DNA of 63,203 nucleotides from positions 1 to 63,203 of the IMG/VR virus record IMGVR_UViG_3300036781_000090; one strand, given 5' to 3'. The first letter of the stretch is position 1. Each line of letters begins with the position of its first letter. Shown piece after piece: positions 1-9,493 of this stretch. The notes under the pieces are model-generated. The model saw nothing but the letters and a program-made list of their open reading frames with translations. It did no database searches and was not told the DNA's origin. Position numbers and translations under genes: made by a program. This DNA is from a virus (taxonomy: Duplodnaviria > Caudoviricetes).

Positions 1-127
1 GAAAAGCGAACATAAACCCAACGGAGAACCAACACGATGATACGTGCGACCGTCATCGCGGTAGTCACCGCCGCTGTCTGTATGCTCGGCTTCTCGCCAG
101 CCCAAGCTAAACCAAAGCGTTACCACC
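1..127. repeat. Terminal direct repeat, identical to 63077-63203 (circular assembly overlap)
   Basis: gaaaagcgaacataaaccc...aagcgttaccacc occurs at both ends; 127 bp is a common assembler k-mer length. Confidence 0.95.
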
Positions 128-567
128 ACATTAATGCGCAACAGGTTAAAGTCGTTCCGATTGATGTAGCCGCAAGACCGGCCTACGAAACGCAAGAGAC
201 GCGCCACTACCCTGCGCCTATGGGCCGTAGGCTAATTGCCCCATCGAACGGGTGGAGCATGGCCGAAGGGGTTATAGGCAGTCGTCCAAGCGGATGCCCA
301 CATGCCTATTGTGGCTGTGGCGCACGACTTTATCTCGGCCTATCGGACGTTCGTCTCAATCTCGCATGGAATTGGACTAAATATTACCACGGATCGACGC
401 CAGTAGCCGTTTGGCGACACCATATAGCGATTATCGAACGTATGACGGGACCACAGACGGCGGTTCTCAGAGACTACAATTCAGGTCGAGGGTTATCCCG
501 GATTCATGAGCGCTCAATACGCGGCGCTCGCATTGTTGGTTCTGTTCATTACGCGAGCAACCCATGA
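37..567 (+). CDS. Secreted protein, probable CHAP/NlpC-P60-like cysteine hydrolase
   Basis: Signal peptide (…FSPAQA); C-terminal GCPHAYCGCGA…NLAWNW…HHIA…DYNSG pattern with Cys/His spacing of papain-like amidases; GGAG RBS. Confidence 0.6.
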   Translation: MIRATVIAVVTAAVCMLGFSPAQAKPKRYHHINAQQVKVVPIDVAARPAYETQETRHYPAPMGRRLIAPSNGWSMAEGVIGSRPSGCPHAYCGCGARLYLGLSDVRLNLAWNWTKYYHGSTPVAVWRHHIAIIERMTGPQTAVLRDYNSGRGLSRIHERSIRGARIVGSVHYASNP

Positions 568-668
568 AACTCCTAACCGCAATCATTCTCTGCATCGCTC
601 TATCCGGCTGCGTTGATGGACAAACGGGAAAGCTGTTCATCTGCGGCGTTACGGTGACTTGCAAATGA
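564..668 (+). CDS. Small lipoprotein (34 aa, missed by ORF track)
   Basis: MKLLTAIILCIALSGC lipobox; ATGA overlap with the upstream stop. Confidence 0.6.
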   Translation: MKLLTAIILCIALSGCVDGQTGKLFICGVTVTCK

Positions 669-793
669 GCGTCATCCAACAAGAAGTAAACTTGGCACCG
701 CTGATTTTCACCGCCTCAGTAGCTCTATTGTTGGGCGGTTTCGTTATTTTTGATGAGGAACTGAAACGGCTGTGGCCGTGGTGGCGGGATTAG
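665..793 (+). CDS. Small membrane protein (42 aa)
   Basis: ATGA-coupled; MSVIQQEVNLAPLIFTASVALLLGGFVIFDEELKRLWPWWRD, one TM segment. Confidence 0.5.
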   Translation: MSVIQQEVNLAPLIFTASVALLLGGFVIFDEELKRLWPWWRD

Positions 794-912
794 CCGTTGA
801 CGTGAAAGTACATCCGTAGCCCGTCAGCAAAAGCGGTTGGATCAGTGTAAACAACATACCCGATACCAATTAGACATGCCGTTATTAAACCGTATAGCGC
901 CACATTCTGCAT
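790..912 (-). CDS. Small membrane protein (40 aa)
   Basis: GAGG RBS; MQNVALYGLITACLIGIGYVVYTD…. Confidence 0.45.
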   Translation of the reverse strand: MQNVALYGLITACLIGIGYVVYTDPTAFADGLRMYFHVNG

Positions 913-936
913 ATTAACCTCAATGCTTATAAGACA

Positions 937-1188
937 TTAACCACGCGCGTTAGTGGCGCGCGCCTTTAGCAATTCCCGCGCTGTCACCATCCATTGTGGC
1001 AGATGGCCTAGCTTCTTCTCGACTTCATGAGAATCGAACCAGACAACTGCATCGCGCAGAATGTTGTAACCATCCACAATCCGCAACAGAGGATTGTGGA
1101 TGCGCCCCGACTCTGCGCTTTCGGTGGCCCCACAGACCGGGCATGGGTCACTCGTGATAGTCACACCTCCTACGCATTTTCCGTCCAT
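937..1188 (-). CDS. Hypothetical protein (CPVC zinc-ribbon-like)
   Basis: AGGAGAGG RBS; leftward accessory array. Confidence 0.6.
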   Translation of the reverse strand: MDGKCVGGVTITSDPCPVCGATESAESGRIHNPLLRIVDGYNILRDAVVWFDSHEVEKKLGHLPQWMVTARELLKARATNARG

Positions 1189-1223
1189 CGTCTCCTCTCC
1201 TATTCCTTTACGCGCGTCAGGCG

Positions 1224-1439
1224 CTATTTGGGCTTTGCGTAGAGCGGTGCTAGTGCCAAGTCGCGACTGACTTCATGGAAGCATCCACAGGGCCATTCGG
1301 CGCAGGTGTCGTCCACTGGCAAATCGTCCCAATCCCAGCACCAATGCTTATGGTTTCCGGTGAGAACCTTGCCGCGCCACTTCATGCAATCTCGAATCCA
1401 ATCTTCCGAGGGCATCGCCGTCTCCTGTCGGTCCAGCAT
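1224..1439 (-). CDS. Hypothetical Trp/Cys-rich protein
   Basis: ORF in array; probable start at MPSED after a CAGGAG RBS. Confidence 0.6.
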   Translation of the reverse strand: MLDRQETAMPSEDWIRDCMKWRGKVLTGNHKHWCWDWDDLPVDDTCAEWPCGCFHEVSRDLALAPLYAKPK

Positions 1440-1649
1440 TAACGTGTGCTTAGTGAGGCATTCTCATTAGAGCGCCTAACGCGATGTCCATTACACAACC
1501 AATCAGGCCAACGGCCCAAAGCGGCTGCCACTTTGATTTTTCATCCTTTAGCCGCACAACGGCAGACATTATAAAACATCCGAGTGCCATTATAGATAAT
1601 GGGCTAATGTTCATTTTTTATCCTTGTTTGTTGATCAGTCGTCATCAAT

Positions 1650-1853
1650 TCAGTCGGTGCTAAGGAGTGCTTTTTTGAAAGCGTCCAAGCGCTCTTTCAC
1701 GATGGGCACAACGCGCTGGTTGATCTGGTCAAGCTCAAGAGCGCTTTCGACCGCCTGGATAAGATTGATGCCCTGCGCAAGCGTGTTGTCGAGCGAGTCG
1801 TAAAAGTCATGCTTGATAGCGAAGAGCGGTTTTAGGTCTTTCTTTTTTGCCAT
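1650..1853 (-). CDS. Hypothetical protein
   Basis: ORF with RBS in leftward array. Confidence 0.6.
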   Translation of the reverse strand: MAKKKDLKPLFAIKHDFYDSLDNTLAQGINLIQAVESALELDQINQRVVPIVKERLDAFKKALLSTD

Positions 1854-2101
1854 CTCAGATCCCCGTGGCTTTATTGTTCTGTCATGAATAATCTACGCGG
1901 CTACCTTGGCTTTCTCGCGCATCTTCGCTTTGACCATGTCGATATAATGCTCACTGTTTTGCGGCGTCGGCGTTAGGTGAAACGGGTGAGTGCAGGTTTC
2001 GACCTCACCCTCGACTTGAACTGACGGATGAAGATGCGGTTCGGGACTTTCGCAACGCGGGCAGTTGTCCATTTCAAATCTCCCTGATTATTGAAGCCGT
2101 G

Positions 2102-2326
2102 TTAGTGTTTGGCGCAGGCTGGGCAGGCCCATCCTTGTTTGACGCGCTTCCAGCCATGCTTTCTTGCGTCACTGCACAAGTCGGTGATCGCAATAGCTAC
2201 GCCCGACTTTGTTCTCCGCATCGAGCCTTGGTTATTTCCGCTCAGGTCAACGCATGCGTGGTCAACTCCATTCGGAGCCAGCCCAGGTACTTTAAGATCG
2301 CAGTGCAATTCTATCCAAAAGCCCAT
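2102..2326 (-). CDS. Hypothetical protein with C-terminal CPAC
   Basis: ARKHGWK…WACPAC, a common small phage zinc-binding pattern. Confidence 0.6.
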   Translation of the reverse strand: MGFWIELHCDLKVPGLAPNGVDHACVDLSGNNQGSMRRTKSGVAIAITDLCSDARKHGWKRVKQGWACPACAKH

Positions 2327-2361
2327 CTGCTAAATCCACTCGCGTTGATGATGTCCCGTGA

Positions 2362-2532
2362 CTAAGCTTTTGGCTTCGGTTTGACGTATGGCTTCAACTT
2401 GCGGGCAATGACATTGTCATTCAGCCCGGTGCGGTAGCACCAACCGCAAGGGACGGTTTCGCCACTGCGAACGTAGGTCGTGTCGCAAATCCACCCTTTG
2501 CCGTTGCAGCTTGGGCACTTCGACGACGCCAT
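2362..2532 (-). CDS. Small DnaJ-type zinc-finger protein (start reassigned to MASSK)
   Basis: CPSCNGKG…CGWCYRTG; CAGGAG RBS. Confidence 0.6.
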   Translation of the reverse strand: MASSKCPSCNGKGWICDTTYVRSGETVPCGWCYRTGLNDNVIARKLKPYVKPKPKA

Positions 2533-2563
2533 TTTCAAACTCCTGCTGATTATTAACTCGCGC

Positions 2564-2839
2564 TTAATGCGATTTTGAACATGACCCATCACAACCAGTT
2601 TCGCGGATAAGCGCCGTTCTGGCCGTAGCAGCAGCTTTCCATGCCTCATCGGATAAATCGCGGGCGCGCGCTAAGGCTTCTATGATATGAGAAACCTTAT
2701 TACGATCCTCATTATATCGAGCAGCACCCGTTAGATCAGTTAGTATTTCATGTAGATGCCGCGCACCTTCCGTAAGAAGGTTATGCACCCGAAACATTCG
2801 TTCATGCGTTTCTTCTACGCTTCTAAGATTTATGGTCAT
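2564..2839 (-). CDS. Hypothetical protein
   Basis: ORF bounded by junction motifs on both sides. Confidence 0.55.
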   Translation of the reverse strand: MTINLRSVEETHERMFRVHNLLTEGARHLHEILTDLTGAARYNEDRNKVSHIIEALARARDLSDEAWKAAATARTALIRETGCDGSCSKSH

Positions 2840-2856
2840 TGTTTACTTACCTGTGA

Positions 2857-3258
2857 TTAATCGACATTCCTTGTGCCGAGAACAACCTTCTCTGGCGTGG
2901 CTGTAAACGAAATAATCGCATCGCCGCAACATCCATATGGAGCCCGCCAAAGAGGCGTCTCTGGACCCATTACAAAGTCGCCGCCTTTGTAACCTTCGTA
3001 GGTTTGGCCAAGACTGCCACGACAGATAGCTAGAAGCTCTTTGGCCGAAATAGCGGCTCCATTGGCAAACGAAAGGTCGCTATAATAGCCCCGATAGCTA
3101 TGTGGCTCTCTTGGTGAGCCTCCGTCTGAAAACTCAACAGGACAATCATATTCAAGTTTCTCAAGCTCGGTAATGAGCGAGCCAAGCGTAAGGTGATACC
3201 TTGATCTATCGCGACGTGAAACATCGCTCATAGTGTCGAAGAGTTTTTGAATGTCCAT
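2857..3258 (-). CDS. Hypothetical protein (start reassigned to MDIQK)
   Basis: Phage-like HSYRGYYSDL…YKGGDF content; AAGAG RBS. Confidence 0.65.
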   Translation of the reverse strand: MDIQKLFDTMSDVSRRDRSRYHLTLGSLITELEKLEYDCPVEFSDGGSPREPHSYRGYYSDLSFANGAAISAKELLAICRGSLGQTYEGYKGGDFVMGPETPLWRAPYGCCGDAIISFTATPEKVVLGTRNVD

Positions 3259-3286
3259 TTTTATTCTCTTGTTCGTTGACTGTGAA

Positions 3287-3796
3287 CTAATGAGCAGCCG
3301 CAAGGCGCTCTTGTGAATGTTTAATCTCAGTTTTCCAGAACTGAGCCATATGTGTCTTATATTGCTGCCCGGGTTCGAGAATTTCACCGCACGCCAGATC
3401 GAAACATTCTTGTGGGTCAATCCCCATGGCCGAGAAGTTAAAGTCCATTAACATTGAGTCGCCATCCCAAACACTTGAATGCAAGTCGGAAGTGATGATT
3501 CTCCATGCCTTATTGGGGATCGCTCTCTCTGCAACAGCGAGGTTAAAGTTTACGAGCCAATGGCAAGCCGAATGCTTCGTGTAGTCCCAAAACGCTGGTT
3601 GGCGTCCGCGCCTCGCCGTGGAATATCTCCAATCACAGCTTTCAAACTCGGTCGGTAAATCTCCGTGCGAGAATTTCTGCCTCCATCGGCCCCAGGTGAA
3701 CCTATTGAAATCGCGCACTAGGATGCCCTGAACATCGTTCCTTTGAACGATGTTCCGTACTATTCTCCAGTTCTTTTGAATGTCGTAGTATTTCAT
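3287..3796 (-). CDS. Hypothetical protein (start reassigned to MKYYD)
   Basis: ATGA overlap with the upstream 59-aa ORF; ACHW…H..VWDG could be a Cys-His-Asp set. Confidence 0.6.
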   Translation of the reverse strand: MKYYDIQKNWRIVRNIVQRNDVQGILVRDFNRFTWGRWRQKFSHGDLPTEFESCDWRYSTARRGRQPAFWDYTKHSACHWLVNFNLAVAERAIPNKAWRIITSDLHSSVWDGDSMLMDFNFSAMGIDPQECFDLACGEILEPGQQYKTHMAQFWKTEIKHSQERLAAAH

Positions 3797-3972
3797 TTGG
3801 GGCTCAAACAACCTTGAACGGCACGGCGCGTATCCAGCGCCATATGTAGCTGACGCTCGACGTAGAACTCTGGACGGCTCAGCAACTTGCCAATGATCCA
3901 AGTATCCTGTTTCTGATCCCACAATTTCAGGATCGCCGCGCGCTCGTCTGACGTGCCTAGACCTATGAGCAT
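3793..3972 (-). CDS. Small HTH-like protein (59 aa, missed by track)
   Basis: AAGGGG RBS; MLIGLGTSDERAAILKLWDQKQDTWIIGKLLSRPEFYVERQL. Confidence 0.55.
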   Translation of the reverse strand: MLIGLGTSDERAAILKLWDQKQDTWIIGKLLSRPEFYVERQLHMALDTRRAVQGCLSPK

Positions 3973-4146
3973 TTTATCCCCTTATAAACTTGGTAGCCAT
4001 CCGGCGTCCGAATCCATATCAGACCTTGCCTCATGGTTTAACCGGTGTACCATGAGTAACCGGACGGCCCGGTTGAGTGACTTGTATGGCTTGCGACCAT
4101 CGCTCCTGTTGTCTCAACCGTTTGTCAGGCGACTATACCGGTTATT

Positions 4147-4161
4147 TTGACAGCCTGTCAA
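4147..4161. promoter_or_regulatory. Palindromic operator/-35 element TTGACAGCCTGTCAA (leftward promoter, TATAGT 18 bp away)
   Basis: Perfect 15-bp dyad, repeated at 8671, 13787 and 22496. Confidence 0.8.
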
Positions 4162-4514
4162 CCCTTATTTCTGACTATTTCCTGCATCTTTTGCAGGTTA
4201 TGCCGGGCGTCCCAAAGGGCCTTGGCAATGGGCAGCGGATCAATGCCCTTGGATTGCCACCACGCATATTCCCCGCGATTGTGAGCCGCGTCAGGCCCTA
4301 GACGATGCTCGCGGGGGCAAATTGGCAAGCACCACCGATGATCACGACCATTGAGTTTCTTGTATCTAGCATCGCTGAATCTGAGATGGCTTGCCTCGGC
4401 TTGGTCGCCACAAAGCAAACACGGGCATTGGCGAATGTGACGCAGGAATAAGCCAAACTCGTCTGGCTTGCGTTCCTTCTTAGACCGCGATCTGGTCTTT
4501 TCCAGAAACATCAC
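4158..4514 (-). CDS. DUF968-like / HNH-type zinc-binding nuclease
   Basis: CPCLLCG…ASHLR…CLPICPREH. Confidence 0.65.
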   Translation of the reverse strand: MMFLEKTRSRSKKERKPDEFGLFLRHIRQCPCLLCGDQAEASHLRFSDARYKKLNGRDHRWCLPICPREHRLGPDAAHNRGEYAWWQSKGIDPLPIAKALWDARHNLQKMQEIVRNKG

Positions 4515-4888
4515 TTCAGCAGCCAGACCATCGTTAGGCCAAGCGTAAAATAGTGAATTAGCTGATCAAAACCAATCATCACATAGAAATAGTGACGATG
4601 ATTTTCATAAAGCCGAGAGGTAATTCGGCTCGTGATATAATCTGTTACGAAATGGGCAGCGGCATTGATTAGCAACCAGACGCTGAGCATTGGCGTCCAG
4701 TACGGCAACCCAAGTATAATCCCCAATGGGATTGCAGCGCCCATCATGGCGAACGTATAAACTGCAACATGGAGAGAAAGAGCACGGTTTGACTTGCTTT
4801 TATTGAGTGCCATCTTGTCGGATTGTAAAACAAAATCGGCAACCCAATGCGCGAACAATAACCAAATAAGTCCGTAAAAATATTGCAC
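4511..4888 (-). CDS. DUF3307 family membrane protein
   Basis: AHWVADFVLQ…MA.NK…HV.VY…HFVTDY…GFDQLIH signature. Confidence 0.85.
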   Translation of the reverse strand: MQYFYGLIWLLFAHWVADFVLQSDKMALNKSKSNRALSLHVAVYTFAMMGAAIPLGIILGLPYWTPMLSVWLLINAAAHFVTDYITSRITSRLYENHRHYFYVMIGFDQLIHYFTLGLTMVWLLK

Positions 4889-4918
4889 AGAGTTTTCCTG
4901 TTGTTCGTTGTGGTCTTG

Positions 4919-5308
4919 TTAATGCTTAATCGCATCGTTGAATTGGACGCCATGTTCTGTACCGAAGGCCATCATGATTTCCATAACCGATGTCATTTCT
5001 TCTTTCGATAGGTCCGATGATCGGCGGAGACTTACAAGGCCATTTCCATCCAGGTTCGGCACTGTACGAATCTCTCCCTTCAGAGCATCCAAGAATATTA
5101 GACGCCAATCGTCAGGGGTTAGCTTCTGTCCGTGCCACGGTAACTGCCGCGCAATCTCAGTCAGCATAGCCCAGAAGCGAGAGTTTTGATCGAGCGTCCG
5201 CTTTGCTGCCTTTATCTCAACCCTAGACCCAGAGGGAGCCGCAGCGATAATGCTGGCTGCATTCGCGCGGTCCCCTTTAGAGTTCAAGACTACCGTGTAC
5301 CGGCTCAT
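4919..5308 (-). CDS. ninB: NinB/Orf family recombination protein
   Basis: KRTLDQNSRFWAMLTEIA…W.G.KL..DDW…SS.LSKEEM..V.E…FG.EHGV.F. Confidence 0.85.
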   Translation of the reverse strand: MSRYTVVLNSKGDRANAASIIAAAPSGSRVEIKAAKRTLDQNSRFWAMLTEIARQLPWHGQKLTPDDWRLIFLDALKGEIRTVPNLDGNGLVSLRRSSDLSKEEMTSVMEIMMAFGTEHGVQFNDAIKH

Positions 5309-6165
5309 TTTTTAATGGACTTCAGGTGGGTGAGTTGTCCCCGATATACGTCCCGAAGAAACTCCTGCCAATCATAAGGAAGTGTGGCAACGCGGTTGGC
5401 GTTGGTGTCACCCCAGGTTTTAAGCGCGGCCTCGGTCACTATGGCCCTGATTTCTGACTGCATTGCTGCAAATTCTGGCTTCGCCATTGCCTTGGACAAA
5501 CGAGTTACTTCAGGATCGCCAAGAGGGATATTGTTGATTGGGTTGCCCTGCTCGTCCTGCTCGATAGGCTCGATAACGTCAGACGGCTCCGTGACGTGCG
5601 GGTTCTGTCTCTTGCCCTTGCGGGCGTCATCATCGGCGGCTGCGGAAAGCCCAAGGGCGGCTTTGAGGGTATAACGCTGCAAATACGTGATGGTTGACCC
5701 TACGGCCTGAATTTTGTTCTTGCTCCCGCTCACGTCATGAGCACCAGTCAGGCTGTTTTCCTCGGCGTGGCCGTCGCGGTGGGAGATAATGCAGGTAACC
5801 GTTACGGTCGTATTGTCCGATAGAGTACGGAAACGATAGGATAGGCCAACTGATGCTAGAATAGGGTCAATCGTGCGAGAGATTTCAGCCAAATCCTCAT
5901 GAGAGTAATTGGTGTTCCCGTAATTGACCTGACGATTCTTGAATATAACCGGGATTGAGGCTTTGGCGCTCGCCATAGCATTATCAAATGACTTGCGAGC
6001 TTCGTTCTTTTCAAACCGTTCTTGAAGCGTCATAAGCCTCTCAGCAAGCTCAATATTGCCATTGGCAACCGCCTGATTAAGCAAGCTCATTGGCGTGATG
6101 GCCGTGCTAGCGGCTGGCGGGATAACCTGGATTTCCTGTTTCTCTGCGGCGTTGCTCATGTTCAA
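5305..6165 (-). CDS. erf: ERF family single-strand annealing recombinase
   Basis: YSHEDLAEI…GLS…H.DGH…QAVGSTITYLQRYTLKAALGL…DDD ERF motif. Confidence 0.9.
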   Translation of the reverse strand: MNMSNAAEKQEIQVIPPAASTAITPMSLLNQAVANGNIELAERLMTLQERFEKNEARKSFDNAMASAKASIPVIFKNRQVNYGNTNYSHEDLAEISRTIDPILASVGLSYRFRTLSDNTTVTVTCIISHRDGHAEENSLTGAHDVSGSKNKIQAVGSTITYLQRYTLKAALGLSAAADDDARKGKRQNPHVTEPSDVIEPIEQDEQGNPINNIPLGDPEVTRLSKAMAKPEFAAMQSEIRAIVTEAALKTWGDTNANRVATLPYDWQEFLRDVYRGQLTHLKSIKK

Positions 6166-6470
6166 TTCCTGTGTTTCTTGATTTGCTCTTGCGCAATCCT
6201 GACAACCAGAAGCGCGGCGGCTAGAGTGGTTGCGGCATTCTTTAGCGCCTCGTCTATTTCGGTGTCATAGATCGGCGTATCGGCCAGAATTTGCATGTAG
6301 TGCTGCAAATCGGCAGCATTCTTAGTCATCTTGTTGGTATGCAGTTCGATGCCATCCAGTGCGATAGATCGCAGATTGTTGTCTGGAAAGGCGACAAATA
6401 CCGGAATTTCTGTATCAGCCATTTCAGCCTCCTGACTTTGGTTCTTCACCTGACCCACCACAACGGTCAC
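6162..6470 (-). CDS. Hypothetical protein
   Basis: GGAGG RBS before MADTE; coupled to erf. Confidence 0.55.
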   Translation of the reverse strand: MTVVVGQVKNQSQEAEMADTEIPVFVAFPDNNLRSIALDGIELHTNKMTKNAADLQHYMQILADTPIYDTEIDEALKNAATTLAAALLVVRIAQEQIKKHRN

Positions 6471-6582
6471 AGGTTATCCGGCCACCGTTGGCATAGACAT
6501 ACCTACCCCATCCACCGCAGCGTCTACAGGCGAGCTTAAAATAATCCGACTTTGGTACTTCTTTGATGGTCTTAACCGCCAT
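6424..6582 (-). CDS. Small zinc-finger protein (start MAVKT)
   Basis: CRRCGGWG…CDRCGGSG; AGGAG RBS. Confidence 0.6.
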   Translation of the reverse strand: MAVKTIKEVPKSDYFKLACRRCGGWGRYVYANGGRITCDRCGGSGEEPKSGG

Positions 6583-6698
6583 TGTGCTTGCTCCTAAATT
6601 TACTGCCCGGACGGGTTCGGAATGGGGGTAACAAACCCATCCGGGCTTCGCTGCGGCACCGTGGCGGGTGCGCTGCAAACTTGTGCGCATTGAAACTG

Positions 6699-6881
6699 TT
6701 AATGCTGTGGCGGATCAGGCAAAGGCATCCAGTGTGTCGGAGGGGCCTCTTTGGTAAACGACCAACTATGAGTTGGGTCACACCAATCTAGATTGTGCCA
6801 AAGTACGTGATGTACTCCATCGCGATAGACAAGAATTTCGGTACCATCCTTGGGCGCAGATTCAATAGATTGCCAACTCAT
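6699..6881 (-). CDS. DUF551-like protein
   Basis: WQSIESAPKDGTEIL…PTHWMPLPDPP. Confidence 0.85.
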   Translation of the reverse strand: MSWQSIESAPKDGTEILVYRDGVHHVLWHNLDWCDPTHSWSFTKEAPPTHWMPLPDPPQH

Positions 6882-7040
6882 TTCGCCTTCTCCCGCTTCC
6901 GTTCCTCTTTCATTTCGGCCTTGATCTGCATGGTCCGCACCTTGGACAACTTGTTCACGAGAATGGCCGTCGATTGCCGGTTATCGACCTTGATAAGGAT
7001 TGCGCCCTTGATGTCAGCTATTTTTGCTTCGTAATCCATT

Positions 7041-7442
7041 TTATGCAGCTTTCTCAATCGCAAATGCCGGGAGCTTTTCCTTGAGCTTTGTAAGAGCCTC
7101 AGGAATGTTAAGGCGGGACTTATCACCATCAATTGCTGCGGTGATATCTCTTTCAGATAGGATACCCATTTGACAGGCGCGCATAACGCCCATCATTTTG
7201 TTAATGTCTTGGCCGCAAACATCTTTGTAGAACATCCAAATGCGCGGGCCATAGCAATCTAGATTATCAAGAGAAAATATTGGACCCATCGCACCTAATG
7301 CGCTGTCTGGATCGATCTTCTCGGCATTGGCAAAAAGCTGGGCCAAAACGCTGGCGGCACCAGGATTTCCCTCGGAAAAATCTACAAGAATTTCCATTGG
7401 GCTGATCGAAAGAGATTTAATTCGCGGCTTATTGTAGCTCAT
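7041..7442 (-). CDS. Conserved phage hypothetical protein
   Basis: SEGNPGA…LD.L..YG.RIW..YKDVCG pattern. Confidence 0.65.
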   Translation of the reverse strand: MSYNKPRIKSLSISPMEILVDFSEGNPGAASVLAQLFANAEKIDPDSALGAMGPIFSLDNLDCYGPRIWMFYKDVCGQDINKMMGVMRACQMGILSERDITAAIDGDKSRLNIPEALTKLKEKLPAFAIEKAA

Positions 7443-7775
7443 TTAACTTCCCATTTGTTGGTGATTGATCCGCAGTTAGCGAGTAACTTCAGCAATAACC
7501 GATCCGACTAGTATCATCATCGTTATCGTTATGAAGTATCCCCTGAGGGGTATTGCAAATTGATCGCCTTGGTAGGAGGCATATATTAGTGACCCCAAAG
7601 CCATACAAACCAACGTTGTTCCTAGGGTGTGCATTTTATTCCCCGCTCCTACAGTCAACCGACTTAAACCCGCACGCATCCACTTTGGGCGATATAGCCC
7701 AGACAACGAACAAGATGCTCAGGCCCACAATGCCAGCGCCGACAAGGCGGAAGGATTCGGTGATGTATGCGCGGA

Positions 7776-8072
7776 TCATTTGGTACCTTTGGCTAGCTTA
7801 AGAACGGCGCGTACAGCCGGTTCTAGTTCGTCGGCTAGACCGTATGTGTGAATCATTTCCAGGACATGAAGCATTCGGGGTGCCGCAGCGATTAATCTGG
7901 CGTCGGCCTCCGAATGAATATGCTGGGCAATTCGTGACCAATTTGTGTTGGTATCTTCCGGTCCGTCTGGACCTTCATCGTTGCGCCAAATGTGATGGGA
8001 AGTGCCGTTTTTGCCAGCGGGAGACTTGCTGATCTGCCACGGTCCCGGTGTGTGTTTTTGTTCGTTGTCCAT
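7776..8072 (-). CDS. Phage protein of the HTPGPW…ARLIAAAP family
   Basis: Characteristic terminal motifs. Confidence 0.75.
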   Translation of the reverse strand: MDNEQKHTPGPWQISKSPAGKNGTSHHIWRNDEGPDGPEDTNTNWSRIAQHIHSEADARLIAAAPRMLHVLEMIHTYGLADELEPAVRAVLKLAKGTK

Positions 8073-8082
8073 TAAGCACCCG

Positions 8083-8295
8083 TTAATGCGATTTCTTCCA
8101 ACGGCCAGTCCCGTTGAAAATCATGGCAGACGACATGAGCATTGATATTGGCCACGTCAGGCCTATTAAGAATATCAAGAAGAACGAAGATGGTGTGTTG
8201 TATTGCTTATCCATCGCTTGGCAGACATTGGCCCACCAAAATCCAGCGTATGAATATATAATAGCGCTCCACATATAGTCGCTAAACATCACCAA
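8083..8295 (-). CDS. Small membrane protein
   Basis: Two hydrophobic segments. Confidence 0.55.
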   Translation of the reverse strand: MVMFSDYMWSAIIYSYAGFWWANVCQAMDKQYNTPSSFFLIFLIGLTWPISMLMSSAMIFNGTGRWKKSH

Positions 8296-8316
8296 ATCCC
8301 CTATGCTTCCTGAACT

Positions 8317-8631
8317 CTACCGTGATAGCCGCGCGTCGTGCTTATCAGCCGCGCCAGCGAATAGCTGTTCGTCGATGAAGTTGCGAAGGAAAGACGGAAC
8401 CTGCTCGCTCTGGCTTTCCAGAAGGTCCAGAGCTGCCAGCGCGATCTCTTCGGTCACGTCGCAGCAGGAGCATTCATCCTCGCGAACCTCTAGGACGCGA
8501 ACCACCTTTTCCCATTCCCCGTGGGCAACGCCAGCCACTACGGAGGCTAGCGAGTTGGTGTTACGGTCGGTTTCCACGAAGGCTCGGTTGCGGTTAGGAA
8601 ATTCCACTTCGACAAAATACAGCGGTTCCAT
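8317..8631 (-). CDS. Hypothetical early protein (start MEPLY)
   Basis: GGGGAG RBS directly downstream of the 8671 promoter. Confidence 0.7.
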   Translation of the reverse strand: MEPLYFVEVEFPNRNRAFVETDRNTNSLASVVAGVAHGEWEKVVRVLEVREDECSCCDVTEEIALAALDLLESQSEQVPSFLRNFIDEQLFAGAADKHDARLSR

Positions 8632-8670
8632 TTGTGTCTCCCCATCTGATGCAGAGAACCTAAACCAGTT

Positions 8671-8685
8671 TTGACAGGCTGTCAA
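8671..8685. promoter_or_regulatory. Palindromic operator/-35 (leftward TTGACA-N17-TAGGTT)
   Basis: TTGACAGGCTGTCAA. Confidence 0.8.
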
Positions 8686-8703
8686 CTGTCTCTTGTGGAT
8701 TAT

Positions 8704-8922
8704 TTATCCGCGCTGATGGTTGCACCGACTATGCGCCAATTTGAGATTTGATTCCTCATTCGTGCCACCCTCCCGAACGCGGACCAGATGCTCAAACGTC
8801 GCGAAGTTAGGATCGCCCGGAGCATTATCGATCATGGGATAGCTGCACCAATGGCACAAACCGCGCTGCGCAAAGAACATTTTAGGCTTTAGCTTTAGTC
8901 TCTTCCGGGTACTTATCCCCAT
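8704..8922 (-). CDS. Small HNH endonuclease
   Basis: CHWC…TFEHL….GG.N..SNL.LAH..CN. Confidence 0.85.
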   Translation of the reverse strand: MGISTRKRLKLKPKMFFAQRGLCHWCSYPMIDNAPGDPNFATFEHLVRVREGGTNEESNLKLAHSRCNHQRG

Positions 8923-9172
8923 TCAGGCCTCTTTTTAGTTTACGAGCTTCGACTTTCCCTGCCTTCGTTAGGAAAACAATATCTCTATTACTAGGCCCAG
9001 TGTCATCGCCGTCCAGCAAGCTCAATTCATAAAGCTCAGTCAGAATATCAGGTTTGAACATTTCGCCGCCTGTCTGATCCCAGAACGGAGACAAAAGTTC
9101 ATCATTGGTGTCTAATTCCTTCTCATCAAAGAGCAGCAAAAGAAGGTCCTGTTGACGTTGCGTTAGGCTCAT
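8882..9172 (-). CDS. Hypothetical protein (winged-helix-like)
   Basis: LTQRQ.DLL…LT.AG pattern. Confidence 0.5.
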   Translation of the reverse strand: MSLTQRQQDLLLLLFDEKELDTNDELLSPFWDQTGGEMFKPDILTELYELSLLDGDDTGPSNRDIVFLTKAGKVEARKLKRGLNGDKYPEETKAKA

Positions 9173-9193
9173 GTGGTGTCCATTAAGAGGCTG

Positions 9194-9493
9194 TTAACGA
9201 GGCATATTTTCTACGTCTTTCACGAGGATTTCGTGCCATCCGTCTTTGCTGATATTTTTGTAATAGCGGTCGTATGAACGCTTCAGGCGATGCCAGAAAG
9301 CCTCGTTGCCGTTTCTTTCTGACTCTTCGATATTAGACTCGTATTCCGCTTTGGTGACCTCTTCGCCATCGCCAATAGGTGTGATGTGCCCCCTCTCTCG
9401 ATGGGAGAAAACAGAGCGCTTTTTGAAATATCGGTATTCGGCCTCACCGTGGGCGACTTTGTATTCTGCGGCGATTCTCTCTAGCAACGTCAT
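9194..9493 (-). CDS. Hypothetical protein
   Basis: Bounded by perfect TTAA-N7-TTAA sites on both sides. Confidence 0.6.
   Translation of the reverse strand: MTLLERIAAEYKVAHGEAEYRYFKKRSVFSHRERGHITPIGDGEEVTKAEYESNIEESERNGNEAFWHRLKRSYDRYYKNISKDGWHEILVKDVENMPR

Noticed and set aside
6686-6702. TTAAcagttTCAAT and similar 5- or 6-bp-spacer variants (11674, 22276, 62446)
   Set aside because: Spacer is not 7 bp, so they were not counted as junction sites, though they may be degenerate copies.
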